Below, piece by piece: positions 38,790 to 47,860 of a stretch of 64,000 nt of DNA. The DNA is from a virus (Duplodnaviria > Caudoviricetes). Positions within the stretch are counted from its first letter, which is position 1. Every line of letters starts with the position of its first letter. The translations under genes were made by a program, and so were the position numbers. The stretch lies in the IMG/VR virus record IMGVR_UViG_3300010340_001122; one strand, 5' to 3'. The notes beneath the pieces were generated by a model. The model made no database searches, was not told the DNA's origin, and saw only the letters and a list, made by a program, of their open reading frames with translations.

Positions 38790-40436
38790 ATGTTAAGAGA
38801 TCCACTCGTAGTAATGAGGTTGAATGTTAAGAAAAGAAATGGCCAAACAGAAGTATTTGAGGCCGAAAAAATTAATAAGGTTTTAATTTGGGCTACATCT
38901 GGTATAAGTGGAGTTTCCGCATCTGACGTGGCGATGAACTCCCGACTACAATTTTATCCAGGTATAAAAACCTCTGAAATACACAAAGTTTTGATTCAAT
39001 CAGCTGTTGATTTGATTTCAGATAAAAATCCAAACTATCAATATGTTGCTTCGAACTTATTGAATTATTTAGTTCGTAAAGAAGTTTTTGAAACGAAGAA
39101 AGAATTACCATCTCTTTTAGAATGTATCAACCGAAACATTAAAGTAGATTTATATGATTCATTGATATTGTCAAAATATAATAAAGAAGAAATTTCTAAA
39201 TGTGATTCATATATAAAACATGAACGAGATTATGATTTGACATATGCTGGTCTTCAACAATTGATTGATAAATATCTTGTTAAAGATAGAAGTACTGGTA
39301 AATCATATGAAACACCACAATTTTGCTTTATGATGATTGCGATGACTGTTTTTGCAGACTATGATAAATCTACAAGAATTGAATTTGTAAAAGAATTGTA
39401 TGATATGATTTCTGAACATAAGATTTCTCTACCAACACCGATTATGGCTGGTATTAGAACTCCTAATCGTCAATTTTCAAGTTGTACTTTAATTGAGGTT
39501 GGTGATTCACTAGACTCAATATTTCATGGTAATGTTGCAATTGGTCAGTATGTTGCTAAAAGAGCTGGTATTGGTATTAATGCTGGTCAAATTAGAGCAC
39601 TTGGTTCTAAAGTTCGTAACGGTGAAGTAGTTCACACAGGTGTTATTCCTTTCTTCAAAATGTTTCAATCAACTCTACACTCTTGTTCTCAAGGAGGTAT
39701 TCGTAAAGGATCAGCAACTCTTTATTTCCCTTGGTGGCATAAAGAGATTGAAGATGTTCTTGTATTGAAAAATAACAAAGGTACTGATGATAATCGTGTA
39801 AGACACATGGATTATGGTATTCAGTTTGAGAAAACATTCTATAATCGATTCATTTCAAACGGTGATATTGCACTTTTCTCCCCTTCTGATGTACCAGGTC
39901 TTTATGATGTTTTTGGACTTCCAGAATTTGAAGAAATGTATTTGAAATACGAATCTGATAAAAAGATTCCTAAGAAATTTGTTAAGGCGAGGGAGTTGAT
40001 GAATTCTTTTGCTCAAGAAAGAATAGGTACTGGACGTATGTATGTTATGAATATCGATAATGTTAATACAAATTCTCCTTTTATTGAAAGATTGAAAATG
40101 TCTAATCTTTGTTTAGATATAGAGACATCATTTGTAAATTCTGTTGAAATAGATGGTGTTTTATATGAGAAAATGCAGTTATCTGAACTAATTGAAATAT
40201 TCAATAGTGGTAAAAACATAAAAGTCCTATCTAAGAATTTATATAATGGTGAGATGGAATTCAAACAGGTTGAGAAGGCATGGATAACTAAAGAGGATGC
40301 TGATGTTATGGAAATAGAAGATGTTGATACAGGATTTAAAATAATTTGTACACCAGACCACTTAATTTTTACAAAAAATAGAGGATGGATTGAGGCACAA
40401 AATTTAGATGAGAATGATATTTTAGATTTAATTTAA
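38790..40436 (+). CDS. nrdA: Class Ia ribonucleotide reductase alpha, N-terminal part fused to split-intein N-fragment
   Basis: ATP cone (VKKRNG), YETPQ, PTP, QFSSC, SQGGIRKG, MSNL then intein C1; start may be 38814. Confidence 0.95.
   Translation: MLRDPLVVMRLNVKKRNGQTEVFEAEKINKVLIWATSGISGVSASDVAMNSRLQFYPGIKTSEIHKVLIQSAVDLISDKNPNYQYVASNLLNYLVRKEVFETKKELPSLLECINRNIKVDLYDSLILSKYNKEEISKCDSYIKHERDYDLTYAGLQQLIDKYLVKDRSTGKSYETPQFCFMMIAMTVFADYDKSTRIEFVKELYDMISEHKISLPTPIMAGIRTPNRQFSSCTLIEVGDSLDSIFHGNVAIGQYVAKRAGIGINAGQIRALGSKVRNGEVVHTGVIPFFKMFQSTLHSCSQGGIRKGSATLYFPWWHKEIEDVLVLKNNKGTDDNRVRHMDYGIQFEKTFYNRFISNGDIALFSPSDVPGLYDVFGLPEFEEMYLKYESDKKIPKKFVKARELMNSFAQERIGTGRMYVMNIDNVNTNSPFIERLKMSNLCLDIETSFVNSVEIDGVLYEKMQLSELIEIFNSGKNIKVLSKNLYNGEMEFKQVEKAWITKEDADVMEIEDVDTGFKIICTPDHLIFTKNRGWIEAQNLDENDILDLI
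40110..40433 (+). mobile_element. Split intein N-fragment (108 aa)
   Basis: Starts CLDIET directly after extein SNL; block B IICTPDHLIFTKNRGWIEAQNL; followed by stop. Confidence 0.9.
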
Positions 40437-40484
40437 AAGGTAGGTAGTATTATTTAATATATAATTGAAATTATACTACCGACT

Positions 40485-41240
40485 ATGAAAAAAGAATACA
40501 AAGTCTATAAGATAGAAAATATTATGAATAGTAAAGTTTATATAGGATATACATCATTAAGTATCAATGAAAGACTACATAAGCACTATACTAATGCTTT
40601 ATATGGTACAAAATCTAAATTATATGAATCTATAAGAAAAAATGGAATTTCAAATTTTAAACTCTCTCAATTATTTTCATCAGATTCTAAGGAAGAAGCA
40701 TTAAAAATGGAAATATTTTTTATTGAGAAATATGATTCATTCAAAAGTGGATATAACATGACTTTAGGAGGTGACGGTGGTGACTGTACATTGTATATGA
40801 ATCATGATCAACTTAAAGATTATAGGGAGAAATTAAGTTCATGTAATGGTGGATATAACAATAATACTTTTTCTGGATATACTGATGATGAAATAGTTGA
40901 CTTTGGAGTAAAGTGTTATCTTGATAATAACAATTGGGTACAATCACATTGGTTAGAAAATTATTGTTCTAAATTTAATATACCAAAATCTTATTCAAAA
41001 TTTAGATTTAATGGTAAAGGATGGCAAGGACTAAAGATTTTAATTTTAAATAAATTGAATGAAATGGGATATGATGTTAAGGATTTAAAATATAAAAAGA
41101 CTGATGAACACAAAAATAAATTAGCTTCTCTTTATAAGGGAAAGAAATGGTATCATAATGAAGAACTTAAAATAAATAAACAAATATTCAAAGAGGAAGT
41201 GGATAATAGTTGGCTTCCTGGAAGAAAAAAATATAATTAA
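40485..41240 (+). CDS. GIY-YIG homing endonuclease between the nrdA halves
   Basis: VYKIEN...VYIGYT...ER..H...E...I...GYNMTLGG. Confidence 0.9.
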   Translation: MKKEYKVYKIENIMNSKVYIGYTSLSINERLHKHYTNALYGTKSKLYESIRKNGISNFKLSQLFSSDSKEEALKMEIFFIEKYDSFKSGYNMTLGGDGGDCTLYMNHDQLKDYREKLSSCNGGYNNNTFSGYTDDEIVDFGVKCYLDNNNWVQSHWLENYCSKFNIPKSYSKFRFNGKGWQGLKILILNKLNEMGYDVKDLKYKKTDEHKNKLASLYKGKKWYHNEELKINKQIFKEEVDNSWLPGRKKYN

Positions 41241-41242
41241 AT

Positions 41243-42319
41243 ATGTTAAAAATAAAAAGAATATCTCAGAAGAAGAATGTAGGAGACTTAACTGTAAAAG
41301 ACAACCACAACTTTTATGCCAATAATATATTGGTTCATAACTGCGTAGAAATTGTTTTACCAACATCACCGATTGAAAATATCTATGATATTGATAATAA
41401 AAAAGAAACTGAACAATATTCAGATGCTGAAATTGCACTTTGTACATTAGCAGCATTTAACTTAGGGAATATTAAATCTTGGACTGAACTTCATAAAGTT
41501 GCCGAATATATTGTTAGAATACTAGAATATGTAATTGAAAATCAAGATTATCCAATTAATGCGGCTAAAAAGATGTTAAAGCGTCGTTCGGTTGGTGTTG
41601 GTGTTACAAATTTTGCATACTGGTTAGCTAAACAAGGAGTTAAATATTCTGATAAAGAAGCACTTTTCTATGTTGATGAGTTATTTGAAAATATTCAATA
41701 TTCTTTATTGAAAGCTTCAAATAAATTAGCACAAGAATTTGGAAAATGTGAATGGTATGATAAAACTACATATTCTCAGGGTATTTTACCAATTGATCGT
41801 TATAATAAAAATGTTGATGAATTAGTTAAAAGAGATTATTCATGTGATTGGGACACGTTAAGAAAAGATATTGAAGAATTTGGATTAAGGAATTCTGTAT
41901 TGACAGCAATTATGCCAGCTGAATCATCAGCAGTTGTTCAAAATGCAACCAATGGTATTGAGCCTATTCGTTCTCTTGTTATCACTAAGAAGTCTAAATC
42001 AGGACTTGTTAAACAAGTGGCACCAGAGTGTATTAAATTGAAAAATAAATATGAAATGGCATTTGAAATGCCGGATAATCGTGGATATACTAATATTTGT
42101 GCAGTAATTCAAAAATGGATTGACCAATCAATTTCAGCAAATCATTATTATCAATATTCTTCTGATGGTATTTCAATTGGTGGTGTTATTAAAGATGTAT
42201 TATACGCATATAAATATGGATTAAAAACACTTTATTATGCTAATACAGATGATAAAAAATCAGATGATTTAGATTCTATGGGAATGGATGGATGTGAATC
42301 TGGATCCTGCACATTGTGA
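41243..42319 (+). CDS. nrdA: Split-intein C-fragment (33 aa) fused to NrdA C-terminal part
   Basis: VGDLTVKDNHNFYANNILVHN then C(+1)VEI; ALCTL, MPAESS, NGIEP, DQSIS, KTLYY, C-terminal CESGSCTL. Confidence 0.95.
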   Translation: MLKIKRISQKKNVGDLTVKDNHNFYANNILVHNCVEIVLPTSPIENIYDIDNKKETEQYSDAEIALCTLAAFNLGNIKSWTELHKVAEYIVRILEYVIENQDYPINAAKKMLKRRSVGVGVTNFAYWLAKQGVKYSDKEALFYVDELFENIQYSLLKASNKLAQEFGKCEWYDKTTYSQGILPIDRYNKNVDELVKRDYSCDWDTLRKDIEEFGLRNSVLTAIMPAESSAVVQNATNGIEPIRSLVITKKSKSGLVKQVAPECIKLKNKYEMAFEMPDNRGYTNICAVIQKWIDQSISANHYYQYSSDGISIGGVIKDVLYAYKYGLKTLYYANTDDKKSDDLDSMGMDGCESGSCTL

Positions 42320-42352
42320 TATAGGGACTTGTTGTTGTTTAATATATAATTA

Positions 42353-43576
42353 ATGATATTAAACAATATAGAAGTAAATTCTAGAAAAAATTTACTTAGA
42401 TTAGTAAAAAAAATCGATATTCAAACTTTAGAAGATATAGAGGATGATTTTGAAAAGTGGTTTGAATTAAAAATAACAGATAGTGGTAAGATATTAATTC
42501 TTAATATAATAAAAGTATATAAGAGTAATAGAATACTATCTATCTGTTTATTTTTTAAAACAAATAATATTCTTGATTTTTCAGAAGAAAGATTTAAAAA
42601 ATATATGAATTATATTGAACTTCATCCTAAAGATAAAGTATCCAAAGATTATTATAAACTTAGATATGGGAAAGAATATGAAATTTACTACAATAATAGG
42701 ATTAAAAATGGAGCTCTAAGCAAGGAAAAATTTATTAGTAAGTATGGTGATATTAATGGTATTGTACGGTATGATTTGTGGAAAGAATCACAAAAAAAAT
42801 CATCAAAGAGAACAATTGGATATTGGTTAAATATTTATGAAAATTTAGATGTGGCAAAGAAAAAATTAAAAGAATATCAGTCCAATCACACTAAGAAACA
42901 TTTAAGTGGAAAATCAGAAGAATATATAAAAGAGTATAATCAAAAGAACTCACCTTGGAGAGTTGAATATTATTTGAATAGAGGATATACTGAAAAAGAA
43001 GCTAAAGAGATTATATCTAAGATAAAAAAAGAGTCTTCGATGTTTTGTTCAGAATATTATCAAAAGCTAGGACATACAATTGAAGAATCTAATGATTTAA
43101 GTTATGAGTATTGGAAAGAACATTGTTATAAAAACAATTCTAATGTTTCTAAAGAATCATTGAAAATATTTTCAGTTATTTACGAAAGAATAAAAGACTT
43201 GACTAATATATGTGTTTATTATGGTGATCCTAAAATTGATAAGAAAGAGTATTTTCTATATGATAAGAGTGAAAAAAGATATTACTTTTATGACTTTACA
43301 ATACTAAAGGATGATTTAAAGATTATTATAGAATATAATGGTTCCAAATTTCATCCAAGAAAGTATAGTCTAACAGAAGAAGAATGGAAAAACTGGAGAT
43401 GTTTATTTAACGAGGATATTGATGCTGATACTAAGTATAAATATGATTGTAAAAAGAGAGATTTGGCCTTGGATAATGGATTTCAATATTTAGAGATCTG
43501 GTCTGATGATGTTTTTGATTCTAATATAGAAAAATCAATTGATTTCATTCTACAATCACTTCAAAATGTGGTTTAA
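42353..43576 (+). CDS. PD-(D/E)XK homing-endonuclease-like protein
   Basis: Repeated EYY...GYT.EEA units; YDF...IIEYNGSKFHP...D..K...A..NGF..LEIW. Confidence 0.7.
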   Translation: MILNNIEVNSRKNLLRLVKKIDIQTLEDIEDDFEKWFELKITDSGKILILNIIKVYKSNRILSICLFFKTNNILDFSEERFKKYMNYIELHPKDKVSKDYYKLRYGKEYEIYYNNRIKNGALSKEKFISKYGDINGIVRYDLWKESQKKSSKRTIGYWLNIYENLDVAKKKLKEYQSNHTKKHLSGKSEEYIKEYNQKNSPWRVEYYLNRGYTEKEAKEIISKIKKESSMFCSEYYQKLGHTIEESNDLSYEYWKEHCYKNNSNVSKESLKIFSVIYERIKDLTNICVYYGDPKIDKKEYFLYDKSEKRYYFYDFTILKDDLKIIIEYNGSKFHPRKYSLTEEEWKNWRCLFNEDIDADTKYKYDCKKRDLALDNGFQYLEIWSDDVFDSNIEKSIDFILQSLQNVV

Positions 43577-44081
43577 ATTTGTTCCATACTTCAATTATTG
43601 GATCTATATCAATACCTGTTTTAAAAATTATACAATTTGTACATACGGATCCGTCCCCTGAGTAAAGTGGTTGATTAAAGTATCTAATTTGATATCCATC
43701 TATTGATTTTAAATATTGATAATTTATTCTAGATCTTTTATTTAGTTTATCAATCGGACAATCTTCATTCTCCATAAGTGTGTGCATTATTATCAAAACT
43801 TCAACATTTTCCTCTTTTAAAAAGTTTTCGGTAATTTCAGTGACCGTTGAGAGTATGTTATATGGATTTTTATTTGACTGGTGGAATCCGATTTCTCTGT
43901 TAGTTTTTAAATCATATTGTCTAGACCAACAAGATTTATATTCTTTGGTAAAAGATGGAATGAAATCGACTTTATAAGTTAATTCATCAGTTGTAAATTC
44001 ATAACTATTGTCACTGATTTTATTAAAGGGATTTTTTCTATTTGTTAGTTCTATTTCTTCAAAGTATTTCAAGTGTCTCAT
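43545..44081 (-). CDS. Hypothetical protein
   Basis: MRHLKYFEE start. Confidence 0.7.
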   Translation of the reverse strand: MRHLKYFEEIELTNRKNPFNKISDNSYEFTTDELTYKVDFIPSFTKEYKSCWSRQYDLKTNREIGFHQSNKNPYNILSTVTEITENFLKEENVEVLIIMHTLMENEDCPIDKLNKRSRINYQYLKSIDGYQIRYFNQPLYSGDGSVCTNCIIFKTGIDIDPIIEVWNKFKPHFEVIVE

Positions 44082-44124
44082 GTTTTATATATAAACAATT
44101 AATAGTAGAATTTATATAAATATC

Positions 44125-44373
44125 ATGATAAATTGGATTAAAAACTTATTTAAAAAGAAAGAGGAATTAATTATTCCTTTCTCTCTTCCAAATAATTGGA
44201 CAATTAGTAGTACTAACAATAGAGTCGTATATAAAATACTTTTTGGCAAATTGTCTAAAGAAGAAGCTGAGAAACAATTAAAACAACTTATTTCAAATTA
44301 TCAAACTCCACTAACTAAATCTGAAAAAATTGAAAGGATTTTAAACAGAATACAACCTAAAGAGGAAAATTAA
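44125..44373 (+). CDS. Small protein resembling a T4-type gp20 portal segment
   Basis: RVVYKILFGKLSKEEAEKQLKQLISNY in register with gp20-family RRIFYIDVGNLPKxKAEQYLxxxMxxY (from memory). Confidence 0.55.
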   Translation: MINWIKNLFKKKEELIIPFSLPNNWTISSTNNRVVYKILFGKLSKEEAEKQLKQLISNYQTPLTKSEKIERILNRIQPKEEN

Positions 44374-44401
44374 TATAATAAAGACAATAAAATTTAAAAA
44401 C

Positions 44402-45478
44402 ATGAAATCAATAATTAATTTAAATACAGATTTAGACTTTACAAAAGTACCGCTATTCTTCGGTGGCGATCTATCATTACAAAGATATGATAAATTTAGA
44501 TATGAGAAGATTTTTAATATGTTTAAACAACATATTTCTTACTTTTGGAGACCAGAAGAAATTAACTTATCAAAAGATAAAGCAGATTTTCAATCATTAA
44601 CGGAACATGAGAAGTTCATTTTTACAAAAAACTTAGGATATCAAATTCTTTTAGACTCAGTTCAAAGTCGTGGTATTTCTAATCTATTATCAGATTGTTC
44701 AAATCAAGAAGTAGAATTATTTTCAAAGACTTGGGAATTTTTTGAAACACTGCACTCTTACTCCTACACATATATTATTAAAAATATTTACTCAAATCCT
44801 AGTGAAGTTTTTGATAATATTTTAAAAGATGAGGAAATTGTTAAGAGAACAACCTCAGTGACTTATTACTATGATGATTTGATTAACTCACTTGATAGTG
44901 ATACTGAACATGATAGAAAAAAGAAGTTATATTTAACACTTGTTTCTATTAATATTCTTGAAGGTATTAGATTCTATGTTTCATTTGCTTGTTCATACTG
45001 CTTTGCCCAGAATAAGAAAATGGAAGGAAATGCTAAGATTATCTCATTAATCAATCGTGACGAAAATTTACATATGGGATTCACATCATTCTTATTAAAA
45101 ACTTTAAAAGAAGAGTGGTCGGAAGGTTTTCAACAAATTGCAACTGAATGTGAGCCATTAGTTATTAAGATGTATGAGGATGCTGCTAAGGAGGAACTAG
45201 AATGGGCTGAATATCTATTCAAAGATGGTTCAATGATTGGGTTAAATGCTGAGATTTTAACTCAATATATGAAGTGGTTAACAAATAATCGTATGAAAAT
45301 TATTGGTTTAGATCCTCTTTTCGATAAAGTTCAGAATCCAATTTCTTGGATTAATAACTGGACATCTGGTTCTACATCAGTTCAAAATGCTCCTCAAGAA
45401 ACTGAGATTGAAACTTATGTGGTTGGTGCTTATAAGCAAGATGTTGATGAGGAAAGTTATGATGAATTTGATTTTTAA
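44402..45478 (+). CDS. nrdB: Class Ia ribonucleotide reductase beta
   Basis: FWRPEE, LDSVQ, ETLHSYSY, LEGIRFYVSF, RDENLH, APQETE. Confidence 0.97.
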   Translation: MKSIINLNTDLDFTKVPLFFGGDLSLQRYDKFRYEKIFNMFKQHISYFWRPEEINLSKDKADFQSLTEHEKFIFTKNLGYQILLDSVQSRGISNLLSDCSNQEVELFSKTWEFFETLHSYSYTYIIKNIYSNPSEVFDNILKDEEIVKRTTSVTYYYDDLINSLDSDTEHDRKKKLYLTLVSINILEGIRFYVSFACSYCFAQNKKMEGNAKIISLINRDENLHMGFTSFLLKTLKEEWSEGFQQIATECEPLVIKMYEDAAKEELEWAEYLFKDGSMIGLNAEILTQYMKWLTNNRMKIIGLDPLFDKVQNPISWINNWTSGSTSVQNAPQETEIETYVVGAYKQDVDEESYDEFDF

Positions 45479-45480
45479 TA

Positions 45481-45828
45481 ATGAATAAACATGAATTACA
45501 TGAATTAACTGTGTATTTTGATTATCTTAATACTCACAAAATAGAGATTTTTAATTCTCTTCACAAATTAAAAAATAATAGAGAATTGAAACTCTCTAAT
45601 TTATTAAATGGAGATGATTTATTACCTGAGGTAATATGCGAAATTGATAATTTAATTTTAAATTTAAATAAAATTTCAGAAAAAAATGATGAATTAATTA
45701 AAAATTCTGATGATTTAAATTTTATAAAAGATTGGTTAGAGTTTTATGCAAAACGACTTGATGATGTTATTTTATATATCGAGTATCTTGATGAAACAAT
45801 AAACCGACAAAAGTATTGGAAAATTTAA
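45481..45828 (+). CDS. Hypothetical protein
   Basis: 115-aa ORF. Confidence 0.65.
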   Translation: MNKHELHELTVYFDYLNTHKIEIFNSLHKLKNNRELKLSNLLNGDDLLPEVICEIDNLILNLNKISEKNDELIKNSDDLNFIKDWLEFYAKRLDDVILYIEYLDETINRQKYWKI

Positions 45829-45838
45829 TAAATACATA

Positions 45839-47314
45839 ATGGAAAAAAAGATATTACCTTATTTAGTAGTACTTTCTGCACTTTCTGTTTCTTTATCAGC
45901 AGCGTTCTACTCTGTTACTGGACTTGGAAAGATGTTTTCAGGTGCTAGTATTCAAGTGATGATTATGATGGGTTCACTTGAGATAGCTAAATTAGTTTTA
46001 GCGTCATTATTATACCAATATTGGGGAAAATTAAATAAAGCATTAAAATTTTATTATTTTGTAGCTTTATTTGTTCTTATGTCTATTACATCTGCTGGTA
46101 TTTATGGATATTTATCATCAGCTTATTCTGAGACTTCTAATAAAGTTGAAAATATTGATAAACAAGTTAAAGTTCTTGATACAAAACGTGAGATGTACCA
46201 AGTTCAATTGAATGATGTTAGATCTGAGAAGGAAAGAATTAGCTCAAATATTTCAGAATTAACAAAAGCGGTTTCTAATAATTTTATTCAGACAAAGGAT
46301 AGAAAGGGTAATATTATCACAACATCTTCATCTGCTAATAGAAAGGTTTATGAGGAACAACTTAAATCGTCACAAAAAAGAAGAGATGATATTTTACTTA
46401 CTGAAACTGCTTTAAATGATTCTATTACTAAAATAGATTTAAAAAAATTAGACTTAGAAACTAATACTGATATTGCTGGTGAGGTTGGTCCTTTAAAATA
46501 CATCGCTAAATTAACTGGCAAATCAATTGATCAGGTTATTAATTGGTTTATTATTGCTTTAATGTTGGTATTTGATCCCTTAGCAGTTTCTCTTGTAGTA
46601 GGTGCGAATGTTATTTTCAGAGATAAGAAGAAAGAGGAAGAAAAATTATTACTTAGTAAAGAAATTGATAATAAAATAAAGGATTTTGAAATAAAAGAAA
46701 AGGAATTTAATATTTTAAGTAAAGAGTTTGAAAATAAGTTACTTAAAATTAAAAATGATGAGATTAATTCGTTGGAAAAAATATCTCAGAGAGAAAAGGA
46801 AATTAATGAAAAGGAAAGTGAGATAAAGGAGTTGGGTGAAAAGGTTAGAGTTAAATCTGAGGAAATGAATTTAGATTTTCAAACAAAAGAAAAAAGTTTT
46901 GAAGACTATGCTGATTCTGAAAGAAAAAAGTTAGAAGAAAAAAGATTGGAAATTAATGATTTACAAAATGAGCTACAACAAAAAACTGAAAATTATAGAG
47001 AGCTTATTCTAAAAGAAGAAGAAGAATATAAATCTAAGTTGGACACACAAAGAAAAAAATTAGAAGAAGATTCTCAAATATTAAAAAAGGAAAGAAAAGA
47101 ATTTAATAGTTTTAAGAAAAAAGTTCTTGAAGATAGAGAAGATGTCGATGATTTGATGATTAAGTTAGAATCTAAAGAAGAAGAACTAAATCAAAGAGAA
47201 AATGAATTGGACCGAATAAAGGAAGAACTAGAGAGCTTAGACCAAGAGATCAAATCTTGGGAGTCACAAAATTTTAAAATGAAAAGAATGAATAGACCAC
47301 CATCCTCTTTGTAA
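45839..47314 (+). CDS. Membrane-anchored long coiled-coil protein
   Basis: N-terminal TM segments, a further TM at about residues 235-260, E/K-rich heptad C-terminal half. Confidence 0.75.
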   Translation: MEKKILPYLVVLSALSVSLSAAFYSVTGLGKMFSGASIQVMIMMGSLEIAKLVLASLLYQYWGKLNKALKFYYFVALFVLMSITSAGIYGYLSSAYSETSNKVENIDKQVKVLDTKREMYQVQLNDVRSEKERISSNISELTKAVSNNFIQTKDRKGNIITTSSSANRKVYEEQLKSSQKRRDDILLTETALNDSITKIDLKKLDLETNTDIAGEVGPLKYIAKLTGKSIDQVINWFIIALMLVFDPLAVSLVVGANVIFRDKKKEEEKLLLSKEIDNKIKDFEIKEKEFNILSKEFENKLLKIKNDEINSLEKISQREKEINEKESEIKELGEKVRVKSEEMNLDFQTKEKSFEDYADSERKKLEEKRLEINDLQNELQQKTENYRELILKEEEEYKSKLDTQRKKLEEDSQILKKERKEFNSFKKKVLEDREDVDDLMIKLESKEEELNQRENELDRIKEELESLDQEIKSWESQNFKMKRMNRPPSSL

Positions 47315-47441
47315 AAAATCCACACTTGAATTTTTTTAATTTTTTGACATCATATATAATAACATCTGAATATTTAAAAATTTTAAACTTTATTAAAACT
47401 TTTAAAACTTTTAATATAAAAGATAGACAATCAAAAATAAT

Positions 47442-47502
47442 CCAGTAGCGATTTTGAGGGTTACTTCGTATGGAAAAAATACTCTCGAAAAGTTATCTCT
47501 GG
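47442..47502 (+). ncRNA. Putative short Y-like RNA (Ro60-associated), element 1
   Basis: CCAG..CTGG closing stem; TTTGAGGGT pairs ACTCTCGAA; shares TAG(C/T)GAT...GAG..GTTACTTCG with element 2. Confidence 0.55.
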
Positions 47503-47525
47503 TCCATTATATATTGAATGTTAAA

Positions 47526-47786
47526 GCAAACATAGTGATAGATTGAGTTACTTCGAATATAATTCAACTAAACACAGAAAGACTGAAAGCTAATCCAAGC
47601 AATCAGATTGGTAGTGAAATAATAAGCTACTCGGTGAAAAAGGATAGAGTAATTCACTTTAAGGATTCAAGAATTTACCACTTCTTGTAAATAAAGAGTA
47701 GGATAAGATGTATATCCTAAAGAATATCGGTCCTAGACTTCGGGATGAAGTCCGGATGACATCTCACTCTAGATTTACTTGTTTGC
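47526..47786 (+). ncRNA. Putative long Y-like RNA (Ro60-associated), element 2
   Basis: 5' GCAAACA-T-AGTGA-TAGATTGAG pairs 3' CTCACTCTA-GAT-TTACT-TGTTTGC; internal hairpins TAGGATA/TATCCTA and GACTTC/GAAGTC; no ORF in track; directly upstream of the TROVE gene. Confidence 0.6.
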
Positions 47787-47802
47787 CACATTAATATAAA
47801 GA

Positions 47803-47835
47803 AGACCAGATTTACGTAAGTGAATCTGGTTTTTT
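47803..47835 (+). terminator. Intrinsic terminator between the RNAs and Ro60
   Basis: ACCAGATTTAC-gtaa-GTGAATCTGGT followed by T-tract. Confidence 0.8.
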
Positions 47836-47860
47836 ATTGAAAAAAATTAAAAATTAATAT

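Noticed and set aside
40436-41243. Group I intron interrupting nrdA
   Set aside because: Only 48 nt and 2 nt flank the endonuclease, leaving no room for a ribozyme core; split-intein motifs explain the break
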